Notes: generated by a model from the sequence alone, not told the origin. Numbered from the stretch's first letter, positions 37,790 to 52,099 are shown. The stretch is DNA of 64,000 nucleotides from Octopus vulgaris (GCA_951406725.2 OX597818.1:106392001-106456000); one strand, 5' to 3'. Numbers and translations are program-made.

Positions 37790-37870
37790 CAGTATTTTAC
37801 ATCACAAGCACTAACAATATGAATCCCACCTTCGACCCTCTTCCCACACATTCTGCAGAAGTTTGCATTA
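37790..37870 (-). mobile_element. small R4/Dong CCHC-finger fragment
   Basis: CRMCGKRVEGGIHIVSAC, homologous to 32390-32445. Confidence 0.7.
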
Positions 37871-37914
37871 AAATGGAATACAAAAAAGGAATAAAAATAT
37901 AAGGGAACTATGCT

Positions 37915-38835
37915 GATGTCAATCCAGCTTATAGAAATTATGAAATGTAGAAGTGAAATACATGCCAAAGTCTGACATCCACATTGAAAGGTTTCAACAT
38001 GACACCATTTATGCAAACACAGACATCTGGGCATATTGTACAGGGACTTGCAGCAACCAAAAGTTTTTCATTTATCACAAACTCCTGCAAAACCTTGCAC
38101 AGCATATCCCACAGCATGCAATCACATGCCTTTTCAAGGTCTACAAAGCAAATATGCACCTTTTGGCAATATTCCCTCAATTTCTCAGAGACCTACAGCA
38201 GAGTGAATATCTGGTTCATTGTGCTGTGTCCATGATGGAAAATACATTGTTCTTTAACAAGAATTTGGGCTTGAAAATTTCCCTACATCTCTTTCCCAAG
38301 CACCTAGTATAGACTTTACTGTGGAGGGTCAACAAAAATATCCTTCTATAATGAGAGCACTGTCTCTTGTCTCCTTTAAAAATTGGGGTTATTACCCCAA
38401 ATTGCCCTTGCTTTGGTGTCTTTCTAGATGTCCAGGTCACTTGGCATACACAAGTCAATCAATGAATTTCTTCATAGATAAAAGGCTTCTAACATTTCAG
38501 GCTGAATTTCATCCTCTCCAGCAGCATCTTGTGTCCTTCAGAAGAATTTATCATGACCGAATTTAGGAGATCAGCTAAGTTTTCTTTCCACTTCACAAGA
38601 ATGCTCTCTTTTGTAGAGAGAAGGATCCTAGCTGTGGTCTTAATGGCAAGTGTGGAAGAGGGCTTCTGCCAGAATGCTTTATTTGCCAATTCAAAGTCAG
38701 TGACTCCGAAGTCCTCCCATAATTTAGCTGTGTCATTTCTAACGTCTCTGCTGCAACTTTTCACCCTTCTGTTTACTGTCTGTACAAAAGGGGAAACTTG
38801 TCTCCAAGCCATGCTATGTCCAGCTTCCTTCTTTG
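37915..38835 (-). mobile_element. RTE (Expander/Rex3-like) LINE, inverted 5' segment
   Basis: WEDFG..ANKAFWQ, KWKENLADLLN, VITPIFKGDKRQCSHYRRIFLL, CFVDLEKACD, PFNVDVRL..FIISISWID. Confidence 0.85.
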
Positions 38836-39300
38836 TTCAGTTAAATTTCCTTTACATTACTATCCTCACCTTTGGTCATGAATGTAAGGACTGAAAGAGT
38901 ACAATGACAAATACAAGTGGCTGAAATGGGGTTCTTCCATGGGATCTCTGGATTAACCTTATACTAGAGTGTGCTGCATAGTTTGCAGATGAAGGAGTCT
39001 CTCCAGGAGGTCGAGCTGCTACTTTTCTGCTGCTATGGAGATGTGATGAGAATTTTGCAGAAATGAATCACAAGATGGATTCTTCAAGCCATGCCAAAAA
39101 GCAGGAGACCTAAGGATAGACCAAGAACGAGATGGTTGCATAATATCCATAGTCTTCGGTTGTCACACTTGGGAATCTATCCAGAAAATCTAATACCAGC
39201 TGCCTCTGATAGGACCTGATGGAAGAGGTAGCTGAGGATTCTGTCCTAACGTCCCTCCCAGGAATAGTGATCGGAGAAGATGGATGGATGGAAGACAGAC
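38836..39300 (+). mobile_element. RTE (Expander/Rex3-like) LINE 3' segment with (GATG)n tail
   Basis: ITILTFGHEC, IQVAEMGFFHGISGL, RRPKDRPRTRW; ends GATGGATGGATGG at ~39279-39291. Confidence 0.85.
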
Positions 39301-40079
39301 TGACCTATGCTTTCCAGGCAAGAGACTGGAGAAATGCTTCAGTTTGTTTGACCTCATCAGTACAGGGCAATGTACTGAAGCCTGAAGATTAGTGGATAAG
39401 GATGTTATATAACACAATTACAGAATAAAACGACAGAATGTGAATAGTTCTGTTAAAGTTGATATACTGAATAGGATAAGCTACAAATTCCTAATTTTTT
39501 GAACTTCTCTCAGTTGGAGATTTTGTAAATTTTGTGTATTTATGCGTGTGATGTAGAAATATCAGAAAAGAAACAAGAATATATTATTTAAGGTACAGAA
39601 AGAGTCTCAATTTATTTAAGAAGAGGTTTTGGTAATTCATATGTCTTTAGTAGGGACTGATTGCTTCACTAATGATCAGATTGCATAGATATTTTCATAC
39701 ATCATTAGTTATTTAGTAAACAAGTTTCTAGAAATAGTAAGATCATTTTTTAAATATCCTCATTACAAACTTAAGAGAGAAAGTAGTGTATTTCAATTAG
39801 TGATATTACTGTTTTAGGTTATTTGTAGGAAATGAGTGGGGTTACGATCAACTGGAAAGCCTCGAATTTGGTACCAAGGTTTCCTTGTTGCATAACAGTC
39901 ACAGAAAAATAAGATGAGAAGATTTAAAAATACTAAACACAAGACAAAAAATCACACAAGAAACAACAAAGGACTGAGATGTCTGGCAATATAAGGTCAA
40001 TGAGAAAATTTGTCCATCATGGTGAAACTAAATTCTGGAAGCCCTGTGCATATATAACACACACACACACACAAGTAAA

Positions 40080-40290
40080 ATCAGAGTCATGGTAAATACT
40101 GGTGTCATGCCAGTGGCACATAGAAGCGCTCATTACACTCTTGGAGTAGTTGGAATTAGGAAGGGCATCCAGCCATAGAAACCATGCCAAATCAGACTGG
40201 AGTCTGGTGCAGCCTCTCAGCTTGCCAGCCCTGGTGAAACTGTCCAACCCATGCCAGCATGAACAACAGATGCTAAATGATGATGATGAT
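40080..40290 (+). mobile_element. RTE-type 3' tail
   Basis: TTAGGAAGGGCATCCAGCC..CAACCCATGCCAGCATG..GATGATGATGAT. Confidence 0.85.
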
Positions 40291-41324
40291 ATGTGCACAA
40301 ATAGATACCTCACTCAATCAATCTCCTTTTCACATTATTTTTCCCCTGTTAACTGCATCCTCCTAGCTTTTCTGTTAGCATCACTCAATCTTCTCCAATA
40401 CATGCACCACTGGCCCTCCCACTCCCTGTGTCCATCACCTGCTCCATTCACCCCTCAACCCTACCTAATTCCTCCCTTCTCTCATTTCCCCTCTCTCTTG
40501 CCTCTCTACCATACACCCTTGCATATCCTCACCCACACACAGTTGGAAATTTTCTTGGACACAGGAGTCTGTTGATTATTTATAACAAACACTGTGGCAA
40601 TTTCAACAATTACAAAAGAAAACTGTGGATTTTATGTCAAGAGATCAACAACAACATCAATAAGCTTTAAAACAATAGAAATATCCACTATAACAGAGTA
40701 TTTTTTAAAGCTAGGTTTATTCAAATTGAAAATAATAAAACTATAGAAATAAAAAACAATACCAGATATTTGCAAGCATTTTGTTTTCATAATAAACATA
40801 CATCGAATTCTATCAAAAGCAATTGAACCAATCTACCAGTAACTAATTACTATTTCATTTTTTAAATCTCTGTTAAGCAATTAATGCAACAAAATTTTAA
40901 AATTGATGAGTTGTATATTAATTCATTTTTGCTGTCTAAAGAAGTATGGAATTCACCCACAGCAGGAGAGAATTAATAAAGGAGGTAGTAAAAGAGGGTG
41001 AAGAAACACACACACACACACACAGATTTGATAAAGTTTTCTTACCTAGAAAAACATATTCTTTAAAAAAAATTATTAATAGATGGATTACTAACAAGTT
41101 GTGCAGTAAGGTATGAAGCACTAGTTTTCTTATTGCCTCTAGACAGGCTTCTAGAATTGACCAAAGGGCTGGAAATAGTTGTGCAGTGGCAGGGGTAAAA
41201 AACTGCTGTAAACTTTCTGTTTAAACAAATATAAACTGTTTACAGGGAGAAACTTTAAGGTTGTTTGTAACAAGAAAATTATTTTTAAATGGAGACAAAC
41301 ATAATATGTGCACGTCTATTGAGA

Positions 41325-41469
41325 CGTCAATTACATCAACCCCAGTGCGTAACTGGTACTTAATTTATCGACCCGGAAAGGATGAAAGGCAAAGTCAACC
41401 TCGGCAGAATTTGAACTCAGAACGTAACGGCAGACGAAATACGGCTACACATTTCGCCTAGCATGCTAA
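41325..41469 (-). mobile_element. tRNA-derived SINE with a conserved central domain (resembles the MetaSINE core as recalled)
   Basis: B box GAGTTCAAATTC followed by GTTGACTTTGCCTTTCATCCTTTCCGGGTCGATAAATTAAGTACCAG. Confidence 0.75.
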
Positions 41470-41858
41470 GCTCATCATTAATCTTGGGTGTTTCTACTAC
41501 AAGAATTTGGAGAAGATTTCTAATCTGAGGATAATTCAATCTTATTTTGCTTTATTCTCTACACCATCAATCTATGACTCTGTTTTTTATTTCACTTTTT
41601 CTTACCATTGTTAGAAGCCCTGCAAAACTCATGGCTGCTGCTGCTCCTTATTTGACCAAGATTTTAAAAGTATTATGTCTAATCAGATTATTAATGTGTG
41701 TGGGTGTTTTTGAGTTTATTAATTTGTTAGTTTGTTTTAGGCTTGATGGTTAAGACCATCTTGAAGTATAATTCTCTATGTGCTTGTGTATATTAATATA
41801 AAAGAAAATATTTAACAAACCACATTGTTCAGATTGTCCAAAGGAAATGGAAACCATC

Positions 41859-41893
41859 ACTTACCTAGAAAATAAACAAAAGAAAAATTAAAA
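41859..41893 (-). promoter_or_regulatory. candidate recursive splice site (3'SS fused to 5'SS)
   Basis: TTTTAATTTTTCTTTTGTTTATTTTCTAG|GTAAGT; 19 of 21 nt before the AG are pyrimidines; no other AG for ~60 nt upstream. Confidence 0.45.
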
Positions 41894-43780
41894 TGAAATC
41901 ATTGGCAAATAAATATTTAACCAAATTTCTTCACATTAACAACATCAATACAAAAAATAATTAAGGACCTGTATTCTATGACTTTTTAGTTATGACAGGG
42001 TGTTTGGTTGTTTGTTGGGAATAAAAGAGTGCTACTTCACTGTTCAATGTTATATGGTGCATTCTTACCATTCTTAGGCATTTTAGTAAAAAATTGTAAT
42101 ACTGAAATAACAGTGGATGTTATTGTTTCTGAATTTGATCTTCTTGAAACAGTCAATGATATCGTGTAGATATTATGCAAACAGAATTTAGTGACAAATA
42201 ATGTTAATTCATCGGGAATGAATAAGCATTATATGTATATATTTTTTAATCTGATATTTTATTTTAAACTAGCAGGAAGTATTTGACATTTTTGAGGTTC
42301 AGAAATAATTAAAGAAAATTATAATAATCTTTATAAAATATCTAGTATTCCTTCAGTTTTGAAAATCAGTCACCTTTCAAGTTTGAGATTCTTTATCTTT
42401 AAAGAAATATATAGTGTTTGAAGATATAGAATTGACAGAAGGAGCAATGATTAAAATCCACACCATCTTACAGTGTAGCATTCTTGTAAGATGCTTCCTT
42501 TGTGGGTGAAGAGTAGGAATGAAAGCTAACAGGTGGGTTATCTTAGCAAGAGTCAGTCAAAAGAGAAGGCATTGTTAATATCAAGAGTTCCAAGAAGTAA
42601 TTGTTTTCAAGATCTTCACAGAGGAGAAACCAATGAGAGCAAGTTTTATGTAGACCTGAATATGTAGAATCCATATTGTTGTTCAGTGAGAAGGTAGAAA
42701 GATTGGGGATGACAAAGGAGGAAGTGTTTATTTATGAGTGTTTGTAGTGACTTTGAATTGTTGGGAGAGTCGGGTCAGCAGGGTTAGGGAGGTTGCTTTA
42801 CATGGAGATGGGATTTATTGTTTTGTGTTTCCAGAGATGATGATAAAAAAAGAAAATTGAATAGTTTGTCATTAATAGGAGGTAACTCCGGGAACATATT
42901 CTTTGAGGGTAATGAAAAAGATACTGCCGGGACTAACTTTGTTCTAGGGTAAAATATTTTATAAAATAATATATTCTCTCAAAAATACATTTTCTTCCTT
43001 CACCTCAGTCCAAAATTCTAGCTTAGAAAATAATGTTGAATCTAACATCTTGTTTGTAAGCTATGATCCTGATTTTGTCTTTCAGAAAAACCAAATACAA
43101 AAACAGAAACCAAATAGAGAAGTTTTCATTAAGCTTATTAGATACGTCAGGTTTACTTCTTGGGAAAAATTAACTTTGGAAGTGACACAATACAACCAAC
43201 ATTTAAATCTGTATTTCAGACTTGTTAAGTGATGTGCCATTAAATATTTAAGACATTTTATGTTGGAAAACAATATTTCTCAGATCTATTTCAAAAGGAA
43301 AATTAGATGATGTTTCTGTATAATTCCACTGCATTTTTTGTCAAAGTAATCCAAGATACAGGCTGCATCTAATCAACGTTACTACTTCTATTGTGCCAGA
43401 CAATATCATAAGGAACAGTTGCTCATTGATGAGAAATATTCACACAAGGTTTGAAACAAAGTTGCTCTGATGAAAATAACAAATGTCTGAGATACAGACG
43501 TCTGGTCCTCTCAAAAGAAATAGGATGCCATCCAATGTAGCATGATGTTGGATAAGTTAGTGCACTGACTTAACCAGCACCAACTGGCATGTTTCTGCTC
43601 AGCCTCTAAGCCTCACAGCAGAGCCTGGCTTAGTGTGCTGCCATCACTCTCGTCTGGCACACAGCTTGATAGTGATTGTCCATGCACCAGCGTTTCCTTA
43701 TATATATATTTGTATGCATGTATATGTATATATATATATGTATGTATATATATGTATATATATATATATGTATATATATG

Positions 43781-43821
<41 letters not shown>

Positions 43822-43839
43822 ATATATATGTACGTATAT

Positions 43840-44050
43840 TTGTGTGTCTGTGTTTGTCCCCCCACCATCATTTGACAACCAATGTTGGTGTGTTTATATC
43901 CTTGTAACATTAGCAGTTCAGTAAAAGAGACCGATAGAATAAGTACTAGACTTACAAAGAATAAGTCCTGGAGTCGAATTGTTCGACTAAAGGCAGTGCT
44001 CCAGCATAGCCACAGTCAAATGACTGAAACAAGTAAAAGAGAAAAAGAAT
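43840..44050 (+). mobile_element. SINE 3' part ending in a stem-loop tail
   Basis: ..GACCGATAGAATAAGTACTAG..GGCAGTGCTCCAGCATAGCCACAGTCAAATGACTGAAAC; homologous to 9370-9555. Confidence 0.75.
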
Positions 44051-44144
44051 GATAACCAGAAAGAAAATATTGTCCAACTTTTGAAGAGACACGAAACGAA
44101 GCAAAAGATTTACAATGGAGTCAAACTGATTAAAACACGAGCTG

Positions 44145-44206
<62 letters not shown>

Positions 44207-46639
44207 TATCACTTAAATAATCAAATGGATAACAAATTTTACTCAAATGCAAATGTTTCCTTTCTTAATTTTCTTAAACAAACAGCAACAACAATATTCT
44301 TGCTTGGTCATTATGAGACCTCATTGAAGCTAAATTTTGTTTAACATTCTCTTAATAGACAAAGATTTGCTACTGATTAAGTTTTTCTCATCACATTTAG
44401 CCATTGCTCAAACGATGAGGGCTTCTGGGAAACGGCAGCCAGGCTTGCCACAGCTATGTTATATCTCACTGACACAAAGGTTCATAAAATATTCAGAGGT
44501 AATATTTTTAGAATCTTTCTCTCTCTCTCTCTCTCTCAGCAATTCTTTTTTAGCAGTTTTTAGCTAGGCATTAGGCATTCTGAGAAAGGATTCTATTAAA
44601 GCTATCAAGGCTGGTTGAAAAAAATTGGTGTCATTGGAGTGAGTATATTTGATTTAAGCCATAACACTGATTCCATATTTGAGAAGAGAAATAGAAATAC
44701 TCTTGGTTTAAGGGACAGATAATTGTATAGGGATGTAGCTTTAGAAATGCCAGACACCTCAGCTCGGTAGGAGAGTGTTAAAGAATATTACTTGTCAAAG
44801 AATCATAATGTAATTTCTTTAGCATGGAAGACATTTGCTATGGTCTGACATTAGTCATGTTTCTTGGAAATCAGTTTAAATATGCTTTAAAGAAATCTTG
44901 ATTCATAAAAGACAGCAAATAAATTATTGAAGAAGCCACAAGGTAAATGTCAACCTTAACCTAAGATATTCACATCAAAATAACTGATTTTGTAAAGTCC
45001 AGCAGTAATTGTTTAATTTGGTTGTCACTGGTCACCATCATTTCACTGCAAGAACCATGGAGTTTAGAAACACCTAATTCAATTTCTCCTGTCATTGTTC
45101 TTTGTAATTAAATGCTATTTTGATTATGTTGCTATAAAACAGATCCCTTAATTTTGTTCTCTCTTTAAGAAGCTTGTCTTGGAAAGAGTTTGCTGTGAAT
45201 ATGTTGTCTAAAATACAGTCCTACATTTTATAACTACTTTAAAATTATTTCTCACTAAAATATAAAATCTACAAATCACAGTCACTGTAAGAAATTGAAC
45301 TTCGAGTTTGAACATGAACGTGTTTATCTTATATATTGTAGCATGAACTCAAAATCAAAAGCTCAAACAGGATTGAGGACTTGTTCTTTAAAATTTTCTC
45401 CTTCAACCATGTTAAGAAATTGAAAAATTTCCATGCAATTTAGAGTGATTAGGTTTTTCTAAACCAGAAAACCAAATTTTAATTTTTCAGTTTGTATCAG
45501 AAAATTAAAGAATGCAATCAGTCATAATTTGGGTGATATGGCAAGTTATATAAGTAAAAATTATGAGAATTAAGATGATACACTTATATATATATATAAA
45601 GTGCTCCATGTGGGAAACAAAAGACTAATGGGATTAATATCAAAAGAAATAGGGATGACTATAAAGGTAAAAGCATATAGGGAGGACGTAGTTTACATGG
45701 AGGGGCAAGTATAAACCTGCAAACTCTACAGACATATAATTCATGTTGAAATTTGCAAAACAATAGAATCATGGTCACAGGTTTCCATTTGGACAATCAC
45801 TCGTTTCTGCACTTTGGATGGTGGGAGATACAAAGCTGCATCATTGATTTTTTCAGATTCTTGTTGATATTTCTATCCTTTAATTGTTTAACATAAGACA
45901 AAATTACATTCATGCATGTTCCAAGTGAAAACGAATGTTTAACTATAATGGATCATCAGGGAACAATTTATTGTGTAATGTTAGAGTGGACTGAAGTCCA
46001 GAGTTTGTTTGGTGGTGAGGTATTTTATAAGATTTTCAGAGGAAAACTGAAAGAAAGCAATTGACAGAGAAAAATAAAAAGGGACAAAAAGAAACAAGAA
46101 AAAGGGAGAACTCTAAACTTCATTGTAGCAGTCGTACATCGAGTTGTATAAACAAAATACACTACACACACACACATGTATGAATGTGGACACAGCACTC
46201 TCCAATATACAAACATGCTTCTCGTAACCTGCACTTGCATACACATAAAAAAAACATACACACTCCATGAATACATGTATCTCACCCACCCACACACACA
46301 TATATATATACAAGATGTCAATTTTTGCAATCTCCTGCCATCGGAAAACCACTTTCTCTATTTCTCTCCAACTTCTGGTCAGTTATTTTTCTGCTATCCA
46401 ACAACACATATTTTTCTCAGACAATCTGCTTCTTCCTCCTTTTCCTCTTCTCTGGACCTTATCCTTTTTCTGATGAAGAACCATGCTCAAAATGTCATTT
46501 CCAATTCTATTTTTCCATCAAAACTCTCCATCTATTATATTCACTGTGTATGTCAAATTGACATTTGTTGTTTTTAAGCTGTTCTTTTCTTATTCTTGAT
46601 TCCCCCACCCCACACACATTTATACATATATATAAATAG

Positions 46640-46815
46640 ATATGCCATGCTGGCACTGCATAAAAGCATCCTGTAGACTCTGTAAAGTGGTTGGCTTCAT
46701 GAAAGGCATCCAACCACAGAAACCATACCAGAATAGACATTGCCAGCTGGCCAGCTTCTGTCAAACCGTCCAACCCATACCAGCACGGAAAATGGACATT
46801 AAATGATGATGAGGA
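46640..46815 (+). mobile_element. RTE-type 3' tail
   Basis: GTCAAACCGTCCAACCCATACCAGCACGGAAAATGGACATTAAATGATGATG. Confidence 0.8.
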
Positions 46816-46819
46816 TATA

Positions 46820-47410
46820 TAATTGTGGAGGAAATCTGTGGAAAGAGTAGACTCTGGAACGAAGTAGTGAGAAATGGTCTCCAGGTGTTAAACATCAAAG
46901 AGGAGATGCCAAGGAGCCAAGAATTCTGGCAATTTGCAGTGCTTGAGAAGACATGTCAAGCTAAGTTAGAGTCATGACCATCCATACATAAAGGAATGTC
47001 CTTGATGGTCATGTTCCCTTCCCTCACACACTTATAATCTGTTCTTTGTCAGAACTTCCCTGCAATCCATCTTCCCAAAACCCCAACAACATGCTGTAGG
47101 CCCCTCTTCTCCACTCTCCCTAGTGAATCCCACCTATTGCAGGTGTGCTTCTCTCCAACACCATCTATTTCTCCTCTCTTACTCTGACTATCTTTCTCTC
47201 TCTAACTCTCCCCCACTTTCCTTATCCTACTTGGGTAGCCAAATGTCTCCTCCCTCCCTCTATTATACTCCAGCCTCCTCCTACCTTGTACACAGTCATT
47301 TCCATCGGTCCCACTCCTTCTGTCAGTTAGGAGGTCTTTGTCTTGCAAGCTACTTGGTGACCCCTCTAGTGCTGGTGCCATGTGAAAAGCCCCTGTACAG
47401 ATGTCACATA
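46820..47410 (+). mobile_element. RTE ORF end plus pyrimidine-rich 3' UTR
   Basis: WNEVVRNGLQVL..WQFAVLEKT, then a CT-rich UTR and TGTCTTGCAAGCTACTTGGTGACCC. Confidence 0.75.
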
Positions 47411-47414
47411 AAAA

Positions 47415-47830
47415 TTTCATTTACCATTAGTTACAGTATGGTGCAGCTTGTCATCAAAAGAAGAGGACCGTTCTTTTCCAACAGTACTACGATCTCTCTC
47501 ATTTACTTGAACTTGCTGCAACCCAGTCATGCTACGCACATTCAATAGGATTTTGAAAAAGTGGAGTTTATTTCCAACAAGATAGTGAACCCCCCCCCCC
47601 CAACCATGGCAGTGTAAGGGCCTGTCTTGATAAGGTTTTGCCAAACAGGTGGATTGGGACAAAGAAGTTCAGTGGAATATCCTCTGTGTTCATTGGAAAC
47701 CACATCAGAAGACATTTTTTATGCGGATACCTAAATGGTAAAGTTAATGGTACAAAACCAGCAACAGTCAATGAATTGAGGACAGCTATAGAATGAGAAT
47801 GCTCACAGATGTTGAAAGAATGAAGAGAAT
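47415..47830 (+). mobile_element. Tc1/mariner (rosa/DD41D-like) transposase fragment
   Basis: VTVWCSLSS, GPFFSN, FYFQQDS, VRACLDKVLPNRWIG, GYLNGKVNGTKPATVNELRTAI. Confidence 0.8.
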
Positions 47831-48497
47831 GCACACAGATTCTGATGTTTACAATTCCACTGCTCTAGGTTATCTTTTCAAATGTAGACATTTAAGTAAT
47901 TACACAGGCAATATCAGTTATGTTATTTCAAACTCTGACAGAATGTCCATAGGAGGTTACTGCTCATACTGTGACATCATTTTATGGCTATGTCAATCTA
48001 GAATGCAATTCCCAGTTGTGTCAAAGAGAAAATTCCGAATAAAGCAAAGTTCAGTAAAATATATAAATCAAGACAAGTGGAATTTAAATATTACAAAAGC
48101 AAGATTCAATCTCAAACAATTTTTAATGAAATATCATTTGTTACCTAGAAAGGACCATTTGTTGTAAATGGTAAAATATAGATAAATTGAATTTTTGACA
48201 AAAACTAGAGAAATAAGAAATAGAATTCTAATTACACCATCAAAAGTAAATGTTCAGTATTATTCTAAGCAAGAATGCTCTGACAACACTTATAGTAACT
48301 CACTTGATATAAAGCATGTCTGGGCTTGGATTCTTGAACAAAGTAAACCAATAATCAATAACTGACAAAAGAATTCCAGAGAAAGAACTTTTACACATGT
48401 TTCTATTCCCGTTAATCTTTAAAATATTCTATGAGATATACCTGCAATTAGTTCATATTTAACATGACAATCAAACCGATGTGTGATTGTAATCATA

Positions 48498-48535
<38 letters not shown>

Positions 48536-49511
48536 AGCATATCAGTATGCTTAAGTGTTTGTCCATAAGTGTATGAAATGTCTAGCGTCTTCTATTCTGG
48601 CACCTTTTTAATAAGCTTGGAGAGCTGTGTATTCTCATATGTTTCGATGATTTCGGTGCCACTGTCAGACTAATCTCATTTGGATACTGTGTTCCAATAT
48701 TTTACCTGATCTACAACCAAACTGTGTCAAGAATTTTGTCAGTCAATTATACTCACAGCTTACTAAACACCTAACGTTAAACAATGTATCTATCATCACA
48801 ATCACAAACATCTATCATTTACAACTAGCACACACAAAAAAAACCCACTTTATCAACTTTTTAAAGAACGTATTTTTAATGATGCATACGGCAAATGTGC
48901 TTCGTTTGATTTCGAAAATAATCAAGAATCTAATTTAAGTTAGTAAAATAATTAACTTTTACGTTTATTTCCAAATAAAGCTGATGCTTGGAACAACTCA
49001 AGAAATAGTTCTGGTATAAAATTTCTAAAATGTTGTTAAAAGAATCAAAGAAGGTCTGAGTAGGATTGGTATCTAAAGAATTGAGCAAATTGTAGCAACA
49101 ACGAATCTTTTTATAATTAGTTGTTCTTTCAAGCATTAATGTGAAATGCTTGAAATTGGAGAAACGTAGTAGTAGTAGTAGTAGTAGTAGGAGGAGGAGG
49201 AGGAGTAAGCAGTAGTAGTAAGTAACAACAACAGCAGTATTCTTATAGAGTATATAAAATATTTGAAGGAAGCGATATCCGCAGATGGTTGTCCTTTAAA
49301 TAAATGTCCTTAGATATTGGCTTCAATCATTTCGTGCAAAGTGCATTACTGAGAAACTTACACACACATAAACTTATATACTTATATATATATATAAAAT
49401 ATTATTATTAAGTATGAAAACAGAGAGATCTAATGGATACAAATTAATTATGAAACCAGTGTATCTTGGGTAAAAATATTCCGTAAAGAAGTTTAGGTAT
49501 CCTCATAGTGG

Positions 49512-49996
<485 letters not shown>

Positions 49997-50534
49997 TCCA
50001 CCATATATATGTGTGTGTGTGTGTGTGGTGTAAAAGAGGAGCTCAATTAAATCAGATTAAAGCAAATTAACCCCAAAACACCTCTGTGTGTTTTGGCATC
50101 TCATGTAATTTAACCATGCATATCAGTGGTCAGTACAGTGTTGAAACAGCAGTTTACTGCTATCAAGTATCTTGCAAGTCCTAGTTTGTATCAACTGCTT
50201 TAGACATGGTGTAATTTATATTGATAAGAATAAAACAAATGGGTATTTCAGGGTATTTCTAGACATGTTTCTGAAGTGATTTTATTTAGAACACAAGTAC
50301 ATTATGCAACTTGGCATGTAACATTACCCAAGTTTATGTTTTTCTAAAGCATCACTTCTTCAGGTAATCTGCCTTCAACATTTAGTGACAGATTTAAACA
50401 TGGACTTGGGTAACGTCACAGGATGGTATAATGTACTTTTGTGTTTTGAATAAATATGCCAAAGGAATAAGTGTAGCGATACCCTGAAATAGTTGTTTTA
50501 TTCATATTATTCCACACACACACACACATATAGT

Positions 50535-50961
50535 AATGGCTGATGCCGGTGTCCCGTAACTGGCGCCCATGCCGGTGGCACATAGGAAACAACTTTTTGA
50601 GCATTGGGCATCACAAAGGCAAAGTGGTTGATCCTGGTGGCACATGGAAAGCTGCTTTTGAGTGTCGGTTTTCACAGAGGCAATGACTGAGACCTTTGGC
50701 ATTATGTCGTGCTTGAGAAGAAGACCCATCAAGCCGAGCAAAACTGCAGTCGTGGCAGATACCGGTGTCACACAATGGGCACCCATGCCAGTGGTATGTA
50801 AAAGTGCCCATTACACATTTGGAATGGTTGGCATTAGGAAGGGCATCCAGTTATAGAAACTATGTCAAATGAGTGCAGTTTTCCAGCTTGCCAGCCCTAG
50901 TCAAACCGTCCAACCCATGCCAGCATGGACAATAGACACTAAATGATGATGATGATGATGA

Positions 50962-50965
<4 letters not shown>
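50535..50965 (+). mobile_element. RTE-type 3' UTR/tail
   Basis: GCCGGTGGCAC units, CTTGAGAAGAAGACC ORF end, shared tail and (GAT)n. Confidence 0.85.
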
Positions 50966-51003
<38 letters not shown>

Positions 51004-51279
51004 CTATCTATATCTATCTACATGCATGTACATACATACATACATAATACATACATACATACATACATACATACATACATACATACATACATACATACAC
51101 ACATACATGCACACACACACATAGATACATACATGAATAAGCAGTATATCTGACACTGACTGAAAATGAAGCATGCAATTCGCATCATGGCAAATTTGCA
51201 TAAAATCATTTTTTCAGAGATTCATTTTTTTCTCTATTTTTTAAAACTTTACTTGTACTTCAATAAATCACCATGTATT

Positions 51280-51397
51280 GAAACCATGCCAAATCAGACT
51301 GCAGTCAGGTGCAGCCTTCCAGCTTGACAGCCGTGGTCAAACTGTTTAACCCATGCCAACATGGACAACACACGTTAAATGATGTTGATGATGACGA
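51280..51397 (+). mobile_element. short RTE-type tail
   Basis: GAAACCATGCCAAATCAGACTG..AACCCATGCCAACATGGAC..GATGTTGATGATGAC. Confidence 0.8.
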
Positions 51398-52099
51398 CTA
51401 CATAGGTAAGCTGGGCAATAAGGAGCCTATCTCCATATCTTGTTCACTTTTCATTCATTTAGGGACATTTTCTTTTATTTCTATCCTTTAAACATTGAAT
51501 ATTATGATTGTTGTTAAATTTTTTTCCTGTCCATGTAATCCTCAAGCAACATCTAAAATCTTAACCTCAAACTCTAACCCTAAAACACTTGCCCTAATTG
51601 CAAATCGAGTTTATTCTTTTGTGATTAGTGTTTAACACATCTAATGATAATAAATAAATAAATAAATAAACACAAAATACATAACAATTTCTGAAAATAC
51701 CAAAAATGGAAGTATTTCTGCTAGCTGTGAACTCCAATTTAAGTGCTTGCAATAATTTGCAAGAAAATGTTATTATTAAGAGTTGCTTATTTTTCCCCAG
51801 AATTATAAAAACATTTTTTCACAAATAGAAGAAAACAGCAGTATTATTAAGGTGTGGTGTTCAAATTACATATCTCTGCCAATATATCTGATAATTTAAT
51901 TTATATTTATATTTGAAATATAATTTAATGCTAGCATACCCATGTTGTCAAAAATGTCAACAGTTTTATTAATGATAGAAAATGGCATATCAAAAGATAA
52001 ATGTCAGCAATTGAGTGAATATAAGTACATACATAGAACTAAAGCACTTGAACAACCATATGCAGTTGTAGAGTCTTGATTGAAAATACAATTGTCCAC

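Noticed and set aside
43630-43924. Stack of overlapping YI/CV-rich ORFs (similar at 51004-51209 and 62932-63291)
   Set aside because: Artefacts of TA/TG/TACA microsatellites.
42400-45120. Possible further ancient LINE remnants
   Set aside because: No motif could be read confidently enough to assign a family or boundaries.
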